Shown piece after piece: positions 59,166 to 64,000 of a stretch of DNA of 64,000 nucleotides (the stretch's first letter is position 1; every line of letters starts with the position of its first letter). The DNA is taken from the IMG/VR virus record IMGVR_UViG_3300044797_000101, positions 55,810-119,809 of that record, one strand, 5' to 3'. The position numbers and the translations under genes are program-made. This DNA is from a virus. The notes beneath the pieces were generated by a model. That model worked only from the letters and a program-made list of their open reading frames with translations. It searched no databases and was not told the origin of the DNA.

Positions 59166-60563
59166 TCATGGTATTGTAGTAGACGCAGGAGGAGGTTGAA
59201 CAGCTGCTGTTCCACCGATCTGAAGCTCCTGAATCTGCATGTATTTTCCTTGAATGTTTAAGGTCGCTACTCCAGTTTCAGAGTGGCGTGACAATACTAA
59301 TGCAAGACGTGCGAAACCCTGCTTACCGTTACGATCAAAATCCTCTTGGTTCTCAATCTTCCATGAGAAAACATAATCGACGTCTTTCAATGGTTGACCA
59401 GAACGCTCAATGTCATACGCGTCAAAGTCTTTATCATTATCAACGCCTTCTTTAGCACTGCTTGCCTTAACGTGAGTAAGCAGAATGAACGGAACACGCT
59501 TATCCAATGCAATACTACAAATTGCTTGGGCGATATGACCCTTAAGTTGCCAATCCTGCATCACTTCTTTAGAATTGGTTGTCATACGTCCAAAGTGGTC
59601 GACTACCACAAGCCCTACGTTCTTACCTTCAGCTTTAAGCTTATTCAAACGCTCATTGATAAGCTCTGGAGTACTGATCGCTGGAGGAACCTCATCGAAG
59701 TAGATCTTATTCAAAATCTGGTGCTTACCATCCTTAACAGATTGAATCCATTGCTTCCAGCGTGACTCTTCCATCGGAGTCATCTTGTTATCCTTAATAT
59801 GCTTGAGGGGGATAGATAACTCCATAGCTGCAAACCTGCTATAAAACAGTTTATAGGTACCTTCGTTTGCATGATAATAGGAATAGATACCACGTTTAGC
59901 TGCATTGTAGCAAATCGTCATAGCTAAAGCTGATTTAAATCCTTTGGGCGGTGCCATGATGATTGATACACTAGAAGACACGAGTCCGCCAGTAATCTCA
60001 TCCATCGTGTTAAACCCGATCTTGAGACCTTCATACTTGCTTGGGTTAATCTTACGATCTTCAAACTCAAAGTCGATCTCTTCAGAGAATTGATCAAGCT
60101 GACCGCTGCGGATAACCTCTTGTCTAAACTTGCTCTCAATTCGTGCAATGTCAGATTTTAAGATATTGATTGACTCATCAATCTTGTTCTCTGAAAACTT
60201 CTCAGCCGAACGTCTTAAAGCATGCTCAACCAGGTTCTGCTTATTATAACCAAGGATCTGATCATATAGAAAATTGATATCTGTATCTACTGACTCAGTT
60301 TGAAGCTCTGTAAATAAAACTGTGATAGACTGCTGAAGATCTGGGGAAAGCTTGGTGGATTTCTTTAAAAGACCATCAAGCTCATTTGATGAGAGGCATG
60401 TTCCATAATTCTGAGCATACCAAATAGCAATACCATATAATTTAGCTGCTGTAGTCCATTGAAATACATCCTCACCGATCCTACGCTGGACGGCAACCGT
60501 AGCTGCATCTACATCTCTAATTATTCGTGCTAAAAATCGTCTTTCTAACTGCTGGTCAATCAT
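59166..60563 (-). CDS. dnaB: DnaB-like replicative helicase
   Basis: GLKIGF..DEITGG, APPKGFKS Walker A, VVVDH, DVDYVF. Confidence 0.8.
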   Translation of the reverse strand: MIDQQLERRFLARIIRDVDAATVAVQRRIGEDVFQWTTAAKLYGIAIWYAQNYGTCLSSNELDGLLKKSTKLSPDLQQSITVLFTELQTESVDTDINFLYDQILGYNKQNLVEHALRRSAEKFSENKIDESINILKSDIARIESKFRQEVIRSGQLDQFSEEIDFEFEDRKINPSKYEGLKIGFNTMDEITGGLVSSSVSIIMAPPKGFKSALAMTICYNAAKRGIYSYYHANEGTYKLFYSRFAAMELSIPLKHIKDNKMTPMEESRWKQWIQSVKDGKHQILNKIYFDEVPPAISTPELINERLNKLKAEGKNVGLVVVDHFGRMTTNSKEVMQDWQLKGHIAQAICSIALDKRVPFILLTHVKASSAKEGVDNDKDFDAYDIERSGQPLKDVDYVFSWKIENQEDFDRNGKQGFARLALVLSRHSETGVATLNIQGKYMQIQELQIGGTAAVQPPPASTTIP

Positions 60564-60723
60564 TTTTTATCCTTTTGACTCGTCAAATGGAATTGTTCAC
60601 AAAAGCATTTATACACTCGGACATAGACATCCTTCCCAGCAAGAAAGTCAGCTGCTTTTTGAGCCGCTTCCTTGCTAGGATATGTCTTTTTCGTCGTGTG
60701 ATTAATTACTGAGTTTGACTTCA

Positions 60724-62202
60724 TTATTTTGAGTGCAGCAATTTATTTGCTAATCTATTCCTTATACCAGAAAACGTCTCATTAATCAAGAGTTTTCCAT
60801 CTATGAATACATCTTGAAGGGCTGTTTCTGTGTCAGCATCTTTGATTGTCCAATTATCAGAATAGGCAAAAGAACCATCAACAAGCTCAATGACACGCAC
60901 TGCACCACGAGCTGATTTCTTAACTCCGCTATCTGTTACTGGATCTTTAAAGATGGGAATCTCTTTGCCATCGATCACGCAAGCAGTCGATTTCATAGCA
61001 TACCCAAACGTATCACGTGTATTGTATTGATATGTATAAGAACCAATGCCATAGACCATGTTGGTCGAGGCAAAGCCCTTAGCTTTTAGACCTTCGCAAA
61101 TGTCTTTTGCACGGGTACGAGTAATAGCATCTCCATAGATACACCCGATGTGAGAATCTAACACCTTATACCCTTGAGGAGTAATTGTTCCACCAAATAC
61201 ATCCCACAAGAGCTCAATGACACCTTTGCGTTCTGCTTCAGTTTTACCCTCTGGATTTCCAATAACAATCTTAACTGGATCGCCAGAGTCAGGACGAATA
61301 ACAACCTTCCCGTCACGTGCAAGGATTGTGTCTTTAAGTGTAGGAACTACACGTGTCAATACATCCCAAAGATCATATCCATCAGCAACGATGGATACAA
61401 AGCCAGCAGGATGGACACGAGTAATCAATTCAGTGAAGTATTTAAGATCATCACCATATGCACATTGAATGCTATGCTCAGAAGCTGGGATAGAACAGCC
61501 AACCAGTTCCTTCTCAACATTCGCACCATAGTAATGCTCTGCACCTTGAATCGCTGGGATTGTATCTGTTCCAACGAATGAGAGCAAATGTCCCATACCA
61601 CTTAAGATAGCTGATTCTACCGAAGACATGCCTCTGAAAGAAAAGTCATGACCTTGAAACTGTACAAAGCCAATATCTCCAGTCGTTTCTAGCGCATACT
61701 TCTCAAAGATCTTCCTATACTCACGAGCCACGGTAGCGCTTGTGCTTGCCTGCCAAAGTTGAGCAGACATCAATGACTCAATGTAGTTGGTAAGCCAGAA
61801 GAATCTAGGCTCAGTATTCTGCAATGTCATTAAGGGTACACGAAGAGGCACGATCGAACCTTCAGGTAAAGATTTGATCTTTAAGGGAAGATAGCCAAGA
61901 TCATGAAGTGCCTCGATATGAGACACGTCAGGGTTAGCAACTCCTAGGGTGTTTTTAATGATACGAGAATATTCGGCAATGACATCAGCCTTAGGACGGC
62001 TAAAAAATTGTTCATTAAAGAAGTCGATTAAAAATTCCTTAATGAAAGCTTGTGCTCCGAAATGGACAACTTGATTAACGTCGAGTAGGCGGCTTGTTCG
62101 AGCTGTCCATGTAGAATAGACAACCTCGGTTTTTTGAGGATACATACTGCGGTGTGCGATCTTATAAAAATCACACAATAACATCGCTGACAGGTTTTTC
62201 AT
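60724..62202 (-). CDS. nadV: nicotinamide phosphoribosyltransferase-like (Nampt/Namat)
   Basis: DFYKIAH, HDFSFRG, GTDT, ASEHS, SIVADGYD, IRPDSGDP, YGDAIT, KKSARG; AAAGGAG SD. Confidence 0.92.
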   Translation of the reverse strand: MKNLSAMLLCDFYKIAHRSMYPQKTEVVYSTWTARTSRLLDVNQVVHFGAQAFIKEFLIDFFNEQFFSRPKADVIAEYSRIIKNTLGVANPDVSHIEALHDLGYLPLKIKSLPEGSIVPLRVPLMTLQNTEPRFFWLTNYIESLMSAQLWQASTSATVAREYRKIFEKYALETTGDIGFVQFQGHDFSFRGMSSVESAILSGMGHLLSFVGTDTIPAIQGAEHYYGANVEKELVGCSIPASEHSIQCAYGDDLKYFTELITRVHPAGFVSIVADGYDLWDVLTRVVPTLKDTILARDGKVVIRPDSGDPVKIVIGNPEGKTEAERKGVIELLWDVFGGTITPQGYKVLDSHIGCIYGDAITRTRAKDICEGLKAKGFASTNMVYGIGSYTYQYNTRDTFGYAMKSTACVIDGKEIPIFKDPVTDSGVKKSARGAVRVIELVDGSFAYSDNWTIKDADTETALQDVFIDGKLLINETFSGIRNRLANKLLHSK

Positions 62203-62256
62203 GATACTGCTCCTTTGATAGGATCGCTTCACGTTGCCGTGATTTCGCCTATACAA

Positions 62257-62991
62257 TTATTTTATTACTTCACCATTCCTGGTGAAAATTCGTTTTATCC
62301 CTGCTTCTCGAAGTGGTTCTAATCCTTTAGAGAAAATCCCATGTGAAATATACAAGTGAACCTCAGTCGCTCCAGCTTCATATAGCTTTTTAGCTACTTC
62401 AATGAACGTTCTACCACCATCACAAATATCATCAATAATCAAATATGCTTTAGGTTCAACTGTACCTATAACTGTAAGTCCCTCAATCTTGCCTGTAAGA
62501 GGTTCGCGAATTTTTTCACAATGTATAGCAGTCGAATCAGCTTTATATCGTTTAGCTGCTCCGCTATCTGGATAAACTGGAGCTGCATGTAATTTTTCAA
62601 GTAGTGGAGCAACATTAGGCATTATAGGATTAACGTTTTGAATCAAATAAGAAAACTGCAAATTGTGCGGATCAAAAACAACTACCTCTCTAAATTGAAG
62701 AGCATTCAAAAGAGAAGCGAATGTTCGAAAAGCAAACGTCGATTGATTTGTTACTGGTTTATCTTGACGCGCATATGGCAAATAGGGTAACTCCAAAACG
62801 CATCGAGGTCCAGAAAGCGAATATATTAGTTCTTTTAATTGAGCGACATGCATGAATTCAGCTTCGTTTTCAAATTCCCACATGATTGTATTGTCAACGG
62901 GATTAAACCAATCATCTGGAAGCTTCCAAACCTGAGAAGTCTTATCAGGAAAGATCGTAGGTGTAACTATATGTCCATTGAGTTTAATCAT
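62257..62991 (-). CDS. prs: ribose-phosphate pyrophosphokinase-like (Prs/Adps)
   Basis: FPD, PYLPYARQDK, DPH, PDSGAAKRY, IIDDICDGGRTF, SHGIFSKG. Confidence 0.88.
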   Translation of the reverse strand: MIKLNGHIVTPTIFPDKTSQVWKLPDDWFNPVDNTIMWEFENEAEFMHVAQLKELIYSLSGPRCVLELPYLPYARQDKPVTNQSTFAFRTFASLLNALQFREVVVFDPHNLQFSYLIQNVNPIMPNVAPLLEKLHAAPVYPDSGAAKRYKADSTAIHCEKIREPLTGKIEGLTVIGTVEPKAYLIIDDICDGGRTFIEVAKKLYEAGATEVHLYISHGIFSKGLEPLREAGIKRIFTRNGEVIK

Positions 62992-63003
62992 ATCTCTATT
63001 ATA

Positions 63004-63999
63004 TCATGAATTGCTTGATTTGTCACTCTCTTTTTTAACCTCTAAGAATGGGATGAACGGAAGGCATAAAAACGTGGTAAGTCCTGAAACTATAACCAGG
63101 CCATTGTATCCAAACATCCCAAACAGCTTAGCGCCAGCCAAATTTGAGCAGAATGATGCGAAGTTCACCAAGGCAGTTAATAATGCAAAGGTGGTCGCTT
63201 CTGTGCCTTTAGGACACATATAAGCCATCATTCCTAGCATCAAAAGCTGTGTAAATTGCCCAGACATGCTAAAAACGATGTTATAAACCAAAATCGAGTG
63301 GGGGGTAATCCATAGATAGGCAAAGGAAGTAACACCGTTAAAAATGACACTATAATATAACCACTTTTTAACGTTTATACAGTGACCCCACTTAAAATAG
63401 ATGAGGGCACCGACTATTCCAAATATGGACCCAATCGTGTCAAGCCAGCCAATCCAAATTTTGGAAAAATGAAGCTCATTTCGCATCTTGTCCATAAGTG
63501 GTGTACCAATGGATGGGGAAAACCAAAAGAGCCATAGAAAGATAGCTGATAGGATTAATTGCCTGTTGTTAAGCTTTACAAGGAATTCCTTGATGTTGGT
63601 ATGTTTAGATACTGCAATCTTGTTGGTATCTATAGATACCTTTTCTTCTTTTAGATACCATGAAAGTGCAACGATTGATGCAGGGAATAATGAAACGATT
63701 AGGTAAGCCATGTGATAATCAGCATGCTCCGATATCCACCCGCCCAAAACTCCAGTTATGATAGTTGCTATTCCAAGGCTTGCCCATTGAATGGATTGAT
63801 ACTTACCTACTGTTCCATTCTTTACTCCATCTTCAATCACAAGACCATTTACAGCAACGTTATCGCCTGCTTGGCCAACTGCATAAAGGAAAAGAAAAAA
63901 CAACAATACATGAAACGATACTACAGGTATTAATCCAATCACCAAAGCCATAATACTGCAGATTAATCCACTGATAAAAATATAAGGCTTGCGTCGAAG
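63004..63999 (-). CDS. MFS transporter, folate-biopterin (BT1)-like; 5' end outside window
   Basis: Frame open to window edge (LRRKPYIF...), many TM helices, CPKGTEATTFALL. Confidence 0.75.
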   Translation of the reverse strand, partial: LRRKPYIFISGLICSIMALVIGLIPVVSFHVLLFFLFLYAVGQAGDNVAVNGLVIEDGVKNGTVGKYQSIQWASLGIATIITGVLGGWISEHADYHMAYLIVSLFPASIVALSWYLKEEKVSIDTNKIAVSKHTNIKEFLVKLNNRQLILSAIFLWLFWFSPSIGTPLMDKMRNELHFSKIWIGWLDTIGSIFGIVGALIYFKWGHCINVKKWLYYSVIFNGVTSFAYLWITPHSILVYNIVFSMSGQFTQLLMLGMMAYMCPKGTEATTFALLTALVNFASFCSNLAGAKLFGMFGYNGLVIVSGLTTFLCLPFIPFLEVKKESDKSSNS

Positions 64000-64000
64000 T

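Noticed and set aside
43134-60563. Inteins or introns in polA, recA or dnaB
   Set aside because: Lengths and motif spacing are normal; no intein splice motifs or frame breaks were seen
3703-63953. Numerous plus-strand ORFs in the track (e.g. 34312..34890, 50123..50692)
   Set aside because: They are antisense shadows of well-supported minus-strand genes, with no motifs or RBS
1-64000. Alternative genetic code (stop-codon reassignment) explaining the many short ORFs
   Set aside because: Known enzymes are full length under code 11, all three stops are used, and the short ORFs overlap in different frames rather than continuing in frame
1-64000. Apparent abundance of GATC/AGCT tetramers
   Set aside because: Visual impression only; needs k-mer counting against a codon-aware background

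Overview
This is a 64 kb segment of a large (probably jumbo/myovirus-type) bacteriophage genome. It is densely coded almost entirely on the minus strand, uses the standard genetic code, and shows no tRNA, rRNA, CRISPR array, integrase or structural module. The right half (about 34-64 kb) holds replication, recombination and nucleotide genes: UDG-fused PolA, DnaB, split DnaG, RecA, split SbcC plus SbcD, dNMP kinase, IMPDH/GMPR and MazG. It also carries a NusG-like factor, a MoxR/vWA pair, Pth2, PPase and an Adps/Namat-like (NARP1) NAD+ salvage pair. The left half is an accessory region of very short ORFs driven by near-consensus sigma70-type promoters, several apparently leaderless. The standout is a family of about 40 small, mostly Cys/His-rich and otherwise divergent proteins (37 within 9.2-20.2 kb) sharing a C-terminal (D/N)NL(E/K/R)YLE motif. 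That motif is also attached to unrelated domains, occurs in two covarying subtypes, and in 22 of 40 copies sits 7 or 10 nt upstream of the next gene's start codon. All calls come from motif recognition by eye; no database search was run.
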